The notes below the pieces were generated by a model, which was given only the letters and a program-made list of their open reading frames with translations, was not told where the DNA came from and made no database searches. Shown here in pieces: positions 1 through 10,674 of a stretch of 64,000 nt of DNA. This DNA comes from Vicinamibacteria bacterium (GTDB lineage: Bacteria > Acidobacteriota > Vicinamibacteria > Marinacidobacterales > Marinacidobacteraceae), in contig OY729431.1 of assembly GCA_963422395.1 (NCBI GenBank), forward strand, positions 2,720,001-2,784,000, in the 5' to 3' direction. A program made the position numbers and the translations under genes. Numbering within the stretch: the stretch's first letter is position 1; each line of letters opens with the position of its first letter.

Positions 1-618
1 AATCGAAGAATTGCAGTGTCGCTCCTTCCTCCGCGTCTTTATCGGAACGCTTGCTTGGATCGTTCGTTCCACGCGATTGGACGTCGGAGATCGGAAACCC
101 ACGCGCAACTGTGTTCTGGCGAGCGACCCCCGGACCGGCCGTTCCCCGCTGCGGCAGCCCGCTCTCGCCCTCGCCGATCCGCCTGGTTTCCCTGGTGACG
201 ATCTGGTGGGCGTTGCGGAAGCCCGCGGCCGCGTTCACCGTCTCGGCTGGAATTCCGCCGTCCCGAAAGGAAGAAGCCGACTTCGTCTCGATAGCCGGTG
301 GGAAGGGTCCAAACGCGCCCGCGCGCTCCAAAGCCATCGAGAAATCGACCCCTCCGACCCGATGGACCCGCACCCCCACCCGTCGAGCACTCGGCAGTTC
401 CCTCCCGGGCGGTGCTTTTCGCAGGCTCGTGCGCCCCACCTGTCTCGCGAACCGCTTGCCCCCGAAAACTCCACTACGGGGCAACCTCCCTCACCCGCAG
501 GGAACCCCGAACAGCCGCTCGACGGCTCCTACTCCCCGATCCGGGGCGCCTGTCCCCGTCTTTTGCGTTGCCCCTCCTTTCCCTGCTACTTTCCGGGCGA
601 GAAGCTCCGAGAACACCG

Positions 619-2682
619 TTGCCGATCCGTCAGCTAGCGCTCGTCCTCCTTCTGTCGGCGGCCGCAGCCTCCGCCGACGATCGAGTGGAAAAGCTCACTG
701 TCGAACACCGCCGATGGCTGCAAGAAGAGGTGACCTACATCATCACCGAACGGGAAGCGGACGTCTTCGTCTCGCTCGGTACGGTGGAGGAGCGCAACCG
801 ATTCATGGAAGCGTTCTGGAGAAAACGCGACTCGATACCTGGCACTCCCGCGAACGAGTTTCAGGAAGAACACTACCGCCGTCTCGAGTACGCCAACCAT
901 CAGCTCCAGGGCGAAGCCTTCGCGCCCGGGTGGAAGACGGACCGGGGCCGGATGTACATCATCCTGGGGCCACCTCGAGGCATCGAGACGTTCGACAACT
1001 ACAACAATCTCTATACGAGCGAATTGTGGTTCTATCAGGGAAACCGATACAAGAATCTGCCGTCCTTCTTCTATCTGCTCTTCTTCAAGAAGCAGGATGC
1101 GGCTCGATATCGCCTGTTCACTCCGGGAGTCGACACTCCGGGAGATCTGCTCCGCGGTCCCGCGCGCTCGTTTCCCGCACACGACATGGAGCAACTCCTC
1201 CAGATTTCGCCCGAGCTGGCGCGGGCATCGCTCGCAGTCGACGCATCGGAGCCCATAGACATCATGCGAGGCAACGTCGGTCTCGGGTCCGAGCTCGCCA
1301 TCGCGCGAATCGAAGCGTCACCGACGTACGCGATCCGCACCGACTACCTCGACACCTGGGAACGCTACGGCAACCGGGTTGCTTCGGAGTATTCGTTCAA
1401 CTTCGTACCCAGCCAGAGCAGCTTCGCGGTACTCATCGGCCCGGATCGCACGACCTATCTCCATTTCAGCACCGAACTCGACCTGCGGGACCTCGGCATG
1501 GAAACGGATCCCGATGGATCGCGCTCATACACGACGCTCGACGCCAGCCTGGAAGTACGGGACCGGAAAGGCAATCTGATCCTGATGGACGATAGAGAGG
1601 CATTTCTCCAACTCGAACGGTCGCAACTGGACGCAATCCAGGGATCGAAGTTCGCCTACCAGGACGGCGTTCCTCTGGTGCCGGGAGACTACGAAGTGAT
1701 GTTGATTCTTCGCAACCGGGTGTCCCATCAATACACGGTGGCAGAGCACGCGGTTCGCGTCGCCGACCATTCCTTCGATCGACCGGCGCTGAGCGATATC
1801 GTGGTCGGTTTCCGCACCGAAGTGATGCCAGACGGGCACGACGCGTTCAAAACTTTCCAAGCCGGTTCCGCGCGAGTCCACCCGGCCGCTGGCGGAGCTT
1901 TTGCCGCCGGCGAAACCGTGCACTTCGTTTTTCAGGTGCTCTCCGCCGATCCGTCGCACGAATTGAACTTCGCTCTCCTCCGTGGAGGAGAGGTCGTGGC
2001 GGAGCGAACCCGCCGCGTCCTCGAGACGGAGCCGGCTCTCACCGAGGAGCAGTTCAGCTCGCACGACGCGATTCCCGATCGATATGAGCTCCGAGTTCGC
2101 CTTCAGGACGCTCAAGAGCGCGTGCTGGCCGAGAAATCAGCGCCGCTCCAGATTTCTCCACGAGCCAGTATTCTCAGGGCCGGGTTGTTCGCTCGCCGGA
2201 GCTTCGATTCGGACGAGCGCGCCCTGCTTTCGGTCATCCTCGGGGACCAGCACTGGGCCATGGGGAACTTCACCGAAGCGGAACGCTTCTTCGAGCGTGC
2301 CGTGTCGGAAGAAGATCCGGAGGTCCCGCAAGCCCAATGGAAACTCGCCGCTTCGTATCTTCGCTCGGGGAAAGTGGAGTCGGCGTTGCGTCTTCTCCTG
2401 CCTCTCGAATTCGAGCATGCCGAGCGTTACGAGGTGGTCGTCGGCCTCGGTCTTGGCTTCTACATGAAAAAGAATCTGACGAGAGCCGTCGCTCACCTCG
2501 AGAAGGCGATCTCGCTCAGACCGCCACCGCCGGGCATGCTCAACACGCTGGGCGATGCGTACATTCAGTTGGGAGACATACAGAGCGCGCGTGACGTGTT
2601 CGAACGCTCCGTGGCCATGGACCCCGAACAGCCCGACATTCTAAAGCGCCTTGCCGAGCTCGTTTCCGGCAGTTCGAACTGA
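619..2682 (+). CDS. GWxTD domain protein with C-terminal TPR repeats, secreted
   Basis: GWKTDRGRMYIILGPP motif preceded by FWRKRD...NEF...YAN. Signal-peptide-like N-terminus from in-frame TTG at 619 (the ORF track start at 298 is probably too early). TPR-like helices at the C-terminus. Confidence 0.85.
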   Translation: MPIRQLALVLLLSAAAASADDRVEKLTVEHRRWLQEEVTYIITEREADVFVSLGTVEERNRFMEAFWRKRDSIPGTPANEFQEEHYRRLEYANHQLQGEAFAPGWKTDRGRMYIILGPPRGIETFDNYNNLYTSELWFYQGNRYKNLPSFFYLLFFKKQDAARYRLFTPGVDTPGDLLRGPARSFPAHDMEQLLQISPELARASLAVDASEPIDIMRGNVGLGSELAIARIEASPTYAIRTDYLDTWERYGNRVASEYSFNFVPSQSSFAVLIGPDRTTYLHFSTELDLRDLGMETDPDGSRSYTTLDASLEVRDRKGNLILMDDREAFLQLERSQLDAIQGSKFAYQDGVPLVPGDYEVMLILRNRVSHQYTVAEHAVRVADHSFDRPALSDIVVGFRTEVMPDGHDAFKTFQAGSARVHPAAGGAFAAGETVHFVFQVLSADPSHELNFALLRGGEVVAERTRRVLETEPALTEEQFSSHDAIPDRYELRVRLQDAQERVLAEKSAPLQISPRASILRAGLFARRSFDSDERALLSVILGDQHWAMGNFTEAERFFERAVSEEDPEVPQAQWKLAASYLRSGKVESALRLLLPLEFEHAERYEVVVGLGLGFYMKKNLTRAVAHLEKAISLRPPPPGMLNTLGDAYIQLGDIQSARDVFERSVAMDPEQPDILKRLAELVSGSSN

Positions 2683-2700
2683 CACGATTGCGGAGGATGC

Positions 2701-5262
2701 ATGATGTCTAGAAGTCACAACCGGCGTGTGTTGCTACTACTCGCAGCCGCGATCGTCCTTGCCTCTGGAGGGTTCACCCAACCGACAGATAGCTATCCTG
2801 CGTCGCGCCAGGGCGGGAATTACATGCACAACTTCTACTTCCCTCCGGCACCGAGCTCGACTCCCTGGGCGCCGGACTGGTCTCCCGACGGAAAGTGGAT
2901 CGCGGTGGCGATGAGCGGGTCGATCTGGAGAGTCGATCCGGCGACGGGACAGGCTTGGGAACTCACCTACAACGAGAAATACCACTCCCTCCCCGATATC
3001 TCTCCAGACGGGAAGTGGCTGGTCTATACCGCCGACGACGGAGGGAGGACGATTCAGCTGGAGATCTTGAACCTCGAAACTGGCGAGGGCCACGCTCTCA
3101 CCACTGACGATCATATCTACGTCGACCCCGTTTTCTCTCCGGACGGGAGCCGGATCGCTTATGTGTCCACGAAGCCGAACGGCTACTTCAACGTATACGT
3201 ACGCGCGTTCGAGAACGGACGGTGGGCGGGAGAAGAGGTCGCCATCACGAGGGACAACAGCTACGGAAACAATCGGCTCTATTTCGGCGAATGGGACATG
3301 GCAATCACACCGACCTGGCTTCCGGGCAGTGGCGAGCTCCTCATCATTTCCAACCGTGGAGTGCCGCTCGGTTCCGGAAACGTACTGCGAGTTCCAGCGG
3401 AGGAGGACGGAATCCTGACGGCGAGGACGGTGCTGTCCGAGCAGACGCTCTATCGGACTCGACCGGACGTCTCCGCGGATGGGAAGCGATTCATCTACTC
3501 GTCGACTGCGGGAGCTGCAGATCAGTTCAGCAACCTCTATGTGCAGCCGACGAATGGCGGCGAACCCTACAAGATGACCTTCCTAGATCACGACGCGTTC
3601 CACCCGAGGTTCTCACCGGATGGTGAATGGATCACCTACATCGCGAACAGAGACGGACTCCCGCAACTGGCACTTCTGGAGACTTATGGCGGCAAGCAGA
3701 TCACAGTTCAGGTCACCGACCGGCGCTGGCGGCGCTCGACAGGCATCCTCTCCGTTCGAACCACAGTAGCGGACTCGAACGGAGTCACCGGCTCGCGCGT
3801 GCACCTGACAGCGGCCGACGGCAAATTCTATGCTCCAGCGGACGCGTATGCGCGCCTGAGCGGCGTGAACGATCCGATGTTTCATCATGCGGGTGAATTT
3901 CGTGTGGAACTGCCCGTCGGCACCGTCCAGATGGAGATCGTCAAGGGATTCGAGTTCTGGCCGGTCCATGAGGAAGCAGAGATCGAGGCAGGAGAAGTTC
4001 ATCACATGACAGTCGAGCTCCAGAGAATGACGGACATGGCAGCCAAAGGCTGGTACGGCGGCTCGACGCACGTGCACATGAACTACGCGGGGAACCTGCA
4101 CAACACGCTCGATAACCTGATGATGATGTCGGAGGCCGAAGACCAGGACATCGTCCTCGAACAGGTCGCCAACAAGGACAATCGAATCCTCGATTATCAG
4201 TTCTTCGTCCCTGGTGGTGGAGCGCATCCGATTTCGACGGAAGACCGCATACTCGTCGTGGGTCAGGAGTATCGCCCCCCGTTCTACGGGCATGTTTTCA
4301 TGTTCGGCTTGAGAGACCACCTCATCTCACCCTTCACGACGGGATACGAAGGAACCGCCATCGAGAGTTTGTATCCAAGCAACACCGACATGTTCCGAAA
4401 GGCGAAGGCACAGGGTGCAACCGTAGGCTATGTGCATGCGTTCGGCGGCGATAACGATCCGTTGGATGGAAACCTTGGCGGCGGGAAGGGTTACATGGTG
4501 GATGCCGCTCTCGAAACGACGGACGCGGTGGAGTGGTCTCAGGCGTCGCGCGCGGGCTTCTATCCGTGGTATGCGACGTTGAACAACGGGCTGAGAGTTA
4601 CTGCAACAGGCGGAGAAGACTCCATCAGCAATCTCCATCGGAGCAAGCTCGTTGGCTCGGTGAGGACGTATGTCCATACCGGTGAGAAAGGGTTGACCAT
4701 GGAGGCGTGGTTCGAAGGACTTCGCAGCGGAAACGCGTTCGTCAGCACCGGACCGCTCGTCGAGATGAAGGTGAACGGCCGCATTCCGGGCGAGGAAGTG
4801 GCGCTCACTTCGAGCGGCACGGTAGAACTCCAGGCAAGAGTGCGAAGCATCACGCCGCTCGAAAAGGCCTTCATCGTTTTCAACGGTGAGGTCATCGAGG
4901 AGATTCCGTTTACTGGAGAGCGCAGGGATCTCGACATGTCCAGGTCATATCCCGTCAGCCGCAGCGGTTGGTTCCACCTGCGAGTCGAAGGCAGGAACGA
5001 AGAGCGCTTTCCACTGGACGCGCACTTCGCTCTCGGATTCACCAATCCCGTTTGGGTGATCGTGGAGGGACAGCCGGTGCGCGACCGGGCGTCAGCCGAG
5101 TACTCGATCCGGTGGATCGACAAACTTCGAGCCCTGGCGGAAGAATGGCCGGGATGGCGCTCCGAGAGAGAACAGGCGCATGTGTTTGCGCAATTCGACG
5201 AAGCCCGAAGAATCTATCGGGGCTTTCTCGAAGAAGCTTCGCGAACGGAGGGGTCCAACTGA
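2701..5262 (+). CDS. Secreted PD40/TolB-like beta-propeller plus PHP-like (CehA/McbA family) metallohydrolase
   Basis: Repeated P.(W/F)SPDG motifs in the N-terminal half, GWYGGSTHVHMNY metal motif, signal peptide, upstream GGAGG RBS. Confidence 0.8.
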   Translation: MMSRSHNRRVLLLLAAAIVLASGGFTQPTDSYPASRQGGNYMHNFYFPPAPSSTPWAPDWSPDGKWIAVAMSGSIWRVDPATGQAWELTYNEKYHSLPDISPDGKWLVYTADDGGRTIQLEILNLETGEGHALTTDDHIYVDPVFSPDGSRIAYVSTKPNGYFNVYVRAFENGRWAGEEVAITRDNSYGNNRLYFGEWDMAITPTWLPGSGELLIISNRGVPLGSGNVLRVPAEEDGILTARTVLSEQTLYRTRPDVSADGKRFIYSSTAGAADQFSNLYVQPTNGGEPYKMTFLDHDAFHPRFSPDGEWITYIANRDGLPQLALLETYGGKQITVQVTDRRWRRSTGILSVRTTVADSNGVTGSRVHLTAADGKFYAPADAYARLSGVNDPMFHHAGEFRVELPVGTVQMEIVKGFEFWPVHEEAEIEAGEVHHMTVELQRMTDMAAKGWYGGSTHVHMNYAGNLHNTLDNLMMMSEAEDQDIVLEQVANKDNRILDYQFFVPGGGAHPISTEDRILVVGQEYRPPFYGHVFMFGLRDHLISPFTTGYEGTAIESLYPSNTDMFRKAKAQGATVGYVHAFGGDNDPLDGNLGGGKGYMVDAALETTDAVEWSQASRAGFYPWYATLNNGLRVTATGGEDSISNLHRSKLVGSVRTYVHTGEKGLTMEAWFEGLRSGNAFVSTGPLVEMKVNGRIPGEEVALTSSGTVELQARVRSITPLEKAFIVFNGEVIEEIPFTGERRDLDMSRSYPVSRSGWFHLRVEGRNEERFPLDAHFALGFTNPVWVIVEGQPVRDRASAEYSIRWIDKLRALAEEWPGWRSEREQAHVFAQFDEARRIYRGFLEEASRTEGSN

Positions 5263-5338
5263 TCTCATCGCAGGCGGCGAATTCCCGAATTTTGCCGGAG
5301 GGCCGCGTATGCATCGAGTGCGCCAACGGGAGAACTTG

Positions 5339-5542
5339 ATGCCGGTGCTGGAGAACCTGGTGTACGAGGAAGCGATGCGCGTCTGGGAACACGGAACCTC
5401 GTGCCGCGAAGAATTCGGAACACACGAGGAGATCCGGAACGTGCTGGATTCCGCCGTGCTGGATGCGGCTTTCGACCTCGACATCCATCTCCGCCACCTG
5501 GACCTGATCTTCGATCGGATGTTCTCCGAGGAGCCGGGGTGA
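5339..5542 (+). pseudogene. purB: C-terminal remnant of adenylosuccinate lyase
   Basis: AMRVWEHG...AAFDLDIHLRHLDLIFDRMF resembles the PurB C-terminus. Its stop overlaps the purS start (GTGA). The rest of purB is absent. Confidence 0.65.
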
Positions 5543-5799
5543 CCCACCGGATCCGGGTGCTGGTCCGGCTGCGTCCGCAGATCTACGACCCGCAGGGGGA
5601 GGCGATCCGCCGCGCGCTGGTCGGTTCCGGCGCCGACGGAGTGCGCTCGGTGCGGCAGGGCAAGATGTTCGAGCTGGAGATCACCGCATCCACGACGGCC
5701 GAAGCGGAAACGAAAGCCCGGGAGGTCGCCGGTCGAGTGCTGGCGAACCCCGTGCTCGAAGATTTCACCGTCGAGGTGCTCGCGGGCTGTTCTGGCTGA
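5539..5799 (+). CDS. purS: Phosphoribosylformylglycinamidine synthase subunit PurS
   Basis: DPQGEAI...VRQGK...LANPVLE motifs, GTG start at 5539, directly upstream of purQ. Confidence 0.93.
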   Translation: MTHRIRVLVRLRPQIYDPQGEAIRRALVGSGADGVRSVRQGKMFELEITASTTAEAETKAREVAGRVLANPVLEDFTVEVLAGCSG

Positions 5800-6500
5800 T
5801 GCCCCGCCACCGGTTCGCGGTCCTCGTTTTTCCCGGGACGAATTGCGAGAGGGATGTCCTCGAAGCGCTCCGTACCGTGACCCGACAGGACGCCGAACTC
5901 GTCTGGCACCAGGAGGGGTCGCTCGCCGGCTTCGACGCCGCGGTCGTTCCCGGAGGCTTCGCCCACGGCGACTACCTCCGGGCCGGCGGTCTGGCACGCT
6001 TTTCCCCGGTGATGGCGCCGCTCTCCGCGATGGCCGGTTCGGGCCGGCCGGTGATCGGTATCTGCAACGGCTTCCAGATCCTCCAGGAAGCTCGGCTCCT
6101 TCCAGGCGCGATGCTGCGAAACCGCTCGCTCACCTATGTCTGCCGGGATGTGTGGATTCGGGCGGAAGACCGGAACTCGCCGCTCACCGCCGCGCTCGAA
6201 GAGGGAGACAAGCTGCGGATCCCCGTCGGCCATGCCGAGGGCAACTTCTTCGCGGACGACGAGGAACTGGAAGCCCTCGAGTCCGGGCAGCAGGTCCTCT
6301 TTCGCTATTGCGACGAAGCGGGCAGGACCCGTGACGGAACGAATCCGAACGGATCGCGGAACGGCATCGCCGGAGTCCGCAACCGGCGCGGCAATGTCGC
6401 AGCGCTCATGCCCCACCCCGACCGGGCCTATGAATCGGTGCTCGGGAACACCGACGGCGTCCGGGTGTTCGACAGCCTGATCCGCTGGATGGAGTCATGA
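5799..6500 (+). CDS. purQ: Phosphoribosylformylglycinamidine synthase subunit PurQ
   Basis: [27 protein letters not shown] and MPHP motifs. Confidence 0.96.
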   Translation: MPRHRFAVLVFPGTNCERDVLEALRTVTRQDAELVWHQEGSLAGFDAAVVPGGFAHGDYLRAGGLARFSPVMAPLSAMAGSGRPVIGICNGFQILQEARLLPGAMLRNRSLTYVCRDVWIRAEDRNSPLTAALEEGDKLRIPVGHAEGNFFADDEELEALESGQQVLFRYCDEAGRTRDGTNPNGSRNGIAGVRNRRGNVAALMPHPDRAYESVLGNTDGVRVFDSLIRWMES

Positions 6501-8734
6501 GCGATTCCGAATGCGAAGCCGGTCTTCCGGACGCCCTGGCGGCGGGGCTGACCGCCGACGAGTACCGAAAGATCGAGAGCCGCCTCGGACGCTCTCCGAA
6601 TCCCACCGAACTCGGCATGTTCTCGGCGATGTGGTCGGAACACTGCTCCTACAAATCCTCGAAGCGCCAGCTCGCCCGGTTTCCCACTGAATCGCCGCGA
6701 GTCCTCGAAGGTCCCGGGGAAAACGCCGGGGCAGCGGCGATCGGCGAGGGGCTGGCAGCGGTGTTCAAGGTGGAATCCCATAACCACCCGACCTTCATCG
6801 AGCCGTTCCAGGGCGCCGCAACCGGGGTCGGCGGCATCCTCCGGGACATCTTCACGATGGGGGCCCGGCCGGTGGCGCTCATGAATTCACTCCGCTTCGG
6901 CCCCCCGGCGGTCCGGAAGAACCGAGTGCTCCTCGGTAGAGCGGTCGCCGGGATCGCGAACTACGGGAACAGCATGGGGATCCCCACCCTCGGCGGTGAA
7001 GTCGCTTTCGACGACTGCTACTCCCTCAACCCGCTCGTCAACGCTTTCGCCCTCGGAATCGCCCCGGCGGATCGGATCTTCCGCGCCCGCGCCGACACTC
7101 CGGGGGATCCGGTGTTCTGCGTGGGGGCGAAAACCGGACGCGACGGCATCCACGGTGCCTCGATGGCGTCTGCTGCGTTCGACGAGGAGGCGGAGGCGAA
7201 ACGGCCGACGGTACAGGTCGGCGACCCCTTCCTGGAAAAACTCCTCATGGAGGCGTGTCTCGAACTGATGGCCGGCGAGGCGCTGGCCGCGGTGCAGGAC
7301 CTGGGCGCCGCCGGACTCACCTGCTCGACCGCCGAGATCGCCGCCCGCGGCGGCTCCGGCATCGAGATCGATCTCGATCTCGCGCCGCAACGCGAAACCG
7401 GCATGTCGGCCTACGAAATCATGCTCTCCGAATCTCAGGAACGCATGCTGCTCGTGGTCCGGCGGGGCCGGGAGGCCGAGGTGGAGCGAGTCTTCGCCAA
7501 ATGGGATCTGGATGCGGCCGCGATCGGGAGGATCACCGCCGACGGCCTGCTCCGGGTCCGTCACGCGGGCCGCCCCGCCGCCACGATTCCCTGCCGGGCC
7601 CTGACCGAAGACGCTCCGGTGTACGACCGGCCGCGGGAGACGCCGCAGTGGTGGCCGGAGCCGGAGGTCCGGGACGGCGACCTCCCCGAACCGGACGACT
7701 GGAACGAGGCGGTGCTGCGGCTCGTCGGGTCGCCCGGTCTGGCGAGTCGGCGCTTCGTGTACGAGCAGTACGACCACCTGGTGGGGAGCGACACCCTCGC
7801 CCGGCCGGGGGGGGACGCGGGAGTGGTGCGGATCAAGGGAACCCCGCTCGGCATCGCGATGTCCCTCGACGGAAACGGGAGATACACGGCGCGTGACCCC
7901 TGGCGCGGGGGAGCGCTCGCGGTGGCGGAGGCCTGCCGGAATCTGGCCGCCGTCGGCGCGACTCCGGTCGGAGCGACGAACTGCCTCAATTTCGGAAACC
8001 CCGAGAAGCCAGAGGTCATGTGGCAGCTCTCGGAGGTGGTCTCGGGAATGTGCGAGGCGCTGACCGCCCTCTCGGTCCCCATCACTGGAGGGAATGTCAG
8101 CCTCTACAACGAGACCGAGGAGGAGGGCATCTTCCCGACCCCGGTCGTCGGTGTGGTCGGCGTGTTCGACGATGTTTCCACCCTCGTGGGACAGCACTTC
8201 TGCGAGCCCGGCGACCTGCTTTTCCTCGCCGGACCGCAGGGGAGCGATGCGCTGGGCGCCAGCGAGTACCTCAAGGTCTTCCAGCAGAGCACCGGCGGCC
8301 GCCCTCCGGCCCCGAATCTCGAAGCCGAAGTCCGCCTCGGCGCTTTCCTCCGCGCCGCCGCCGCACGGCGGCTCACCCGGTCCGCCAGGGACCTCTCCGA
8401 GGGCGGTCTCATCCAGGCGGCGGTGGAGTCGCTCTTCGCCCCCGACGGAAGCGCCCAGGGCGCGGCTTTCGACCTGGAGTTCGCCGGCGCGCCGCTCGGA
8501 GCCCTGATCGGCGAGGCTCCGGCCCGCGCCCTCCTCAGCGTCCGGCCCCGAGACGCGGACGATTTCGCGGAGCTGGCGAGCGTCCACGGCGTCCCCCTCG
8601 CCGCCCTCGGCACCGCTGGCGGGGACTCTCTCGCCATCCGGGCGAACGGCGTCGAAATCATCCGCCTCACCGTGGACGACCTCTGGCCCGCCTTCGGCCA
8701 CGGCCTCGAACGCGCGGTGTCGGACCGTCGATGA
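6497..8734 (+). CDS. purL: Phosphoribosylformylglycinamidine synthase subunit PurL
   Basis: [27 protein letters not shown] and NCLNFGNPE motifs. Confidence 0.97.
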   Translation: MSDSECEAGLPDALAAGLTADEYRKIESRLGRSPNPTELGMFSAMWSEHCSYKSSKRQLARFPTESPRVLEGPGENAGAAAIGEGLAAVFKVESHNHPTFIEPFQGAATGVGGILRDIFTMGARPVALMNSLRFGPPAVRKNRVLLGRAVAGIANYGNSMGIPTLGGEVAFDDCYSLNPLVNAFALGIAPADRIFRARADTPGDPVFCVGAKTGRDGIHGASMASAAFDEEAEAKRPTVQVGDPFLEKLLMEACLELMAGEALAAVQDLGAAGLTCSTAEIAARGGSGIEIDLDLAPQRETGMSAYEIMLSESQERMLLVVRRGREAEVERVFAKWDLDAAAIGRITADGLLRVRHAGRPAATIPCRALTEDAPVYDRPRETPQWWPEPEVRDGDLPEPDDWNEAVLRLVGSPGLASRRFVYEQYDHLVGSDTLARPGGDAGVVRIKGTPLGIAMSLDGNGRYTARDPWRGGALAVAEACRNLAAVGATPVGATNCLNFGNPEKPEVMWQLSEVVSGMCEALTALSVPITGGNVSLYNETEEEGIFPTPVVGVVGVFDDVSTLVGQHFCEPGDLLFLAGPQGSDALGASEYLKVFQQSTGGRPPAPNLEAEVRLGAFLRAAAARRLTRSARDLSEGGLIQAAVESLFAPDGSAQGAAFDLEFAGAPLGALIGEAPARALLSVRPRDADDFAELASVHGVPLAALGTAGGDSLAIRANGVEIIRLTVDDLWPAFGHGLERAVSDRR

Positions 8735-8899
8735 CGGATTTCCTTCCCTGCACGCAGTGCCCCGCGGCGATTCCTGGCACTCTCGTGCGCGAACATCCAC
8801 GGGCATCGGCCGGGCGCTTCGCGTTCCTGCCGAACCCGATGCCCGCGACTCTTTTCTCCGACTCGATGTCACTCGTCGTGACTCCGGCCGCCCCCCTCC

Positions 8900-9175
8900 G
8901 TGTGGGAAGGGGGTTGCCGTCTCTACGAATTCCAGATAGCCGTCGAGGAGAACCTGAAGTTCTTCGACTTCAAACTGTCCAAGGTCAGGAAACGAAAGAA
9001 GAAAGTCGTGATTCCGCATACGGATCGCGAGTTCTTCTACATCGCCGCAGCCGAGGAAAGAGTCGGCTTCATCGAGCCGCAGTGGATCCTGGACAACGGC
9101 CAGGTGGGCGGGATTCCGGCTTGGGGCAACCGCACAGGCTATCGGGTGCCGCGGGATGTCTGGTGCCCGATGTAA
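8900..9175 (+). pseudogene. Lower-GC coding fragment, possibly a remnant of a restriction-endonuclease-like gene
   Basis: Protein-like composition (YEFQ...FFDFKLSKV...PQWILDNG...PAWGNR.YRVP) in an A-rich patch between purL and purF, with no clear start. The family assignment is tentative. Confidence 0.35.
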
Positions 9176-9218
9176 AGGGAACCGCCGAGAGAGTGCGGGA
9201 AGCTTCGCGGTCGAGCGC

Positions 9219-10655
9219 ATGACCGCGAACTCAAGGAGCGATGCCTGCCCCGGAGGGTTTCGGGACGAGTGCGGAGTGGTGGGGGTCTGGAACCATTCGG
9301 AGGCGGCTCGGCTGGCGTACCTCGGCCTCTACGCTCTGCAGCACCGGGGACAGGAGGCGGCCGGGATCGTCGCGGCGTCTCCGAACCGCGGCGGCCTCGT
9401 CGGAGTGAACGGTCCGGGGCAGGTAGCGGAGATCTTCGATGTGGCGGCGCTCGATGCCCTCGCCGGGCAGGCGGCGATCGGGCACACCCGCTACTCGACG
9501 GCTGGGGAGAGCAATCTGGAGAACACCCAGCCGATCCAGATCGAGTGCAAGTTCGGGCAGATCGCGGTCTGTCACAACGGAAATCTGGTGAACGCGCATC
9601 TGCTGCGGCGTCAGTTGGTGGAGCGCGGCTCCATCTTCCGGACCACGAGCGACACCGAAGTCCTCGTCCATCTGTTCGCCAAGTCGGGACAGACCGAAGA
9701 ACTCGAAGCGGTGGTGGAGGCGGTCCGCCAGGCAGAAGGCGCGTTCTCGCTGCTCTTCCTGACCCAGGACGCGCTCTACGCAGTGCGGGACCCGCGGGGT
9801 TTTCGGCCGCTGCTGCTGGGCAAGGCCGCCGAGGGATATGTGGTCTGCTCCGAGACCTGTGCCCTCGACCTGGTGGACGGGGAATACCTCCGTGATCTGG
9901 AGGCCGGAGAACTGCTCCGGATCGACGGGGACGGCGTCCACTCGCTGCAGATCTTCGACGAACAGCCCATCTCGCAGTGCATCTTCGAGCAGGTCTATTT
10001 CGCACGCCCGGACAGTCGGATCTTCGGCCGCGATGTGTACCGGACCCGGATCACTCTCGGACGGAGCCTGGCGCAATCCGCCGGAGTCGAGGCCGATGTC
10101 GTCGTCCCGGTGCCGGACTCGGGGTTGATCGCAGCGCTCGGCTACTCGCAGGCTTCCGGAATCCCGATGGAGATGGGGCTCATTCGGAACCACTATGTGG
10201 GCCGAACCTTCATCGAACCCCGGCAGTCCATCCGCAACTTCGGAGTCCGAGTGAAGTTGAACCCCGTCCCTTCGGTCCTGAAGGGGCGCCGCGTCGTCCT
10301 GATCGACGATTCCATCGTCCGGGGAACGACGAGCCGCAAGCTGGTGGAGCTGGCGCGGAACGCCGGCGCCTCCGAGGTCCATTTCCGCGTTTCCTCGCCC
10401 CCCACGACCGGACCTTGCCACTACGGGATCGACACGCCGCTCCGTTCCGAACTCATCGCCGCTTCGCAGAGCGTCGAAGAGATCCGGCGCTTTCTCGGGG
10501 CCGACTCGCTCGCTTACCTTCCGCTCGAGGCGCTCGAAGCGTCCGTCGAAGAAGATCGCGGCCGCTACTGCACCGCGTGTTTCTCCGGGAACTACCCGCT
10601 GCCGGTGCCAGAGCCGGAACGGGCGGGAAGCCTGTTCGGTAAGAATCGCTGCTAG
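9219..10655 (+). CDS. purF: Amidophosphoribosyltransferase
   Basis: Propeptide then ECGVVG (N-terminal nucleophile Cys), LQHRGQE, GHTRYST, PRPP motif VLIDDSIVRGTT, Fe-S ligand motif CTAC. Confidence 0.97.
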   Translation: MTANSRSDACPGGFRDECGVVGVWNHSEAARLAYLGLYALQHRGQEAAGIVAASPNRGGLVGVNGPGQVAEIFDVAALDALAGQAAIGHTRYSTAGESNLENTQPIQIECKFGQIAVCHNGNLVNAHLLRRQLVERGSIFRTTSDTEVLVHLFAKSGQTEELEAVVEAVRQAEGAFSLLFLTQDALYAVRDPRGFRPLLLGKAAEGYVVCSETCALDLVDGEYLRDLEAGELLRIDGDGVHSLQIFDEQPISQCIFEQVYFARPDSRIFGRDVYRTRITLGRSLAQSAGVEADVVVPVPDSGLIAALGYSQASGIPMEMGLIRNHYVGRTFIEPRQSIRNFGVRVKLNPVPSVLKGRRVVLIDDSIVRGTTSRKLVELARNAGASEVHFRVSSPPTTGPCHYGIDTPLRSELIAASQSVEEIRRFLGADSLAYLPLEALEASVEEDRGRYCTACFSGNYPLPVPEPERAGSLFGKNRC

Positions 10656-10674
10656 CCGAGCTCCGCGAGCGGAC

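Noticed and set aside
1-618. ORFs 11-637, 51-1595 and the upstream extension of 298-2682
   Set aside because: Pro/Arg/Ser-rich translations with no motifs, typical of non-coding frames in high-GC DNA. No RNA gene recognised.
6887-9220. 777-aa minus-strand ORF
   Set aside because: Antisense shadow of purL.
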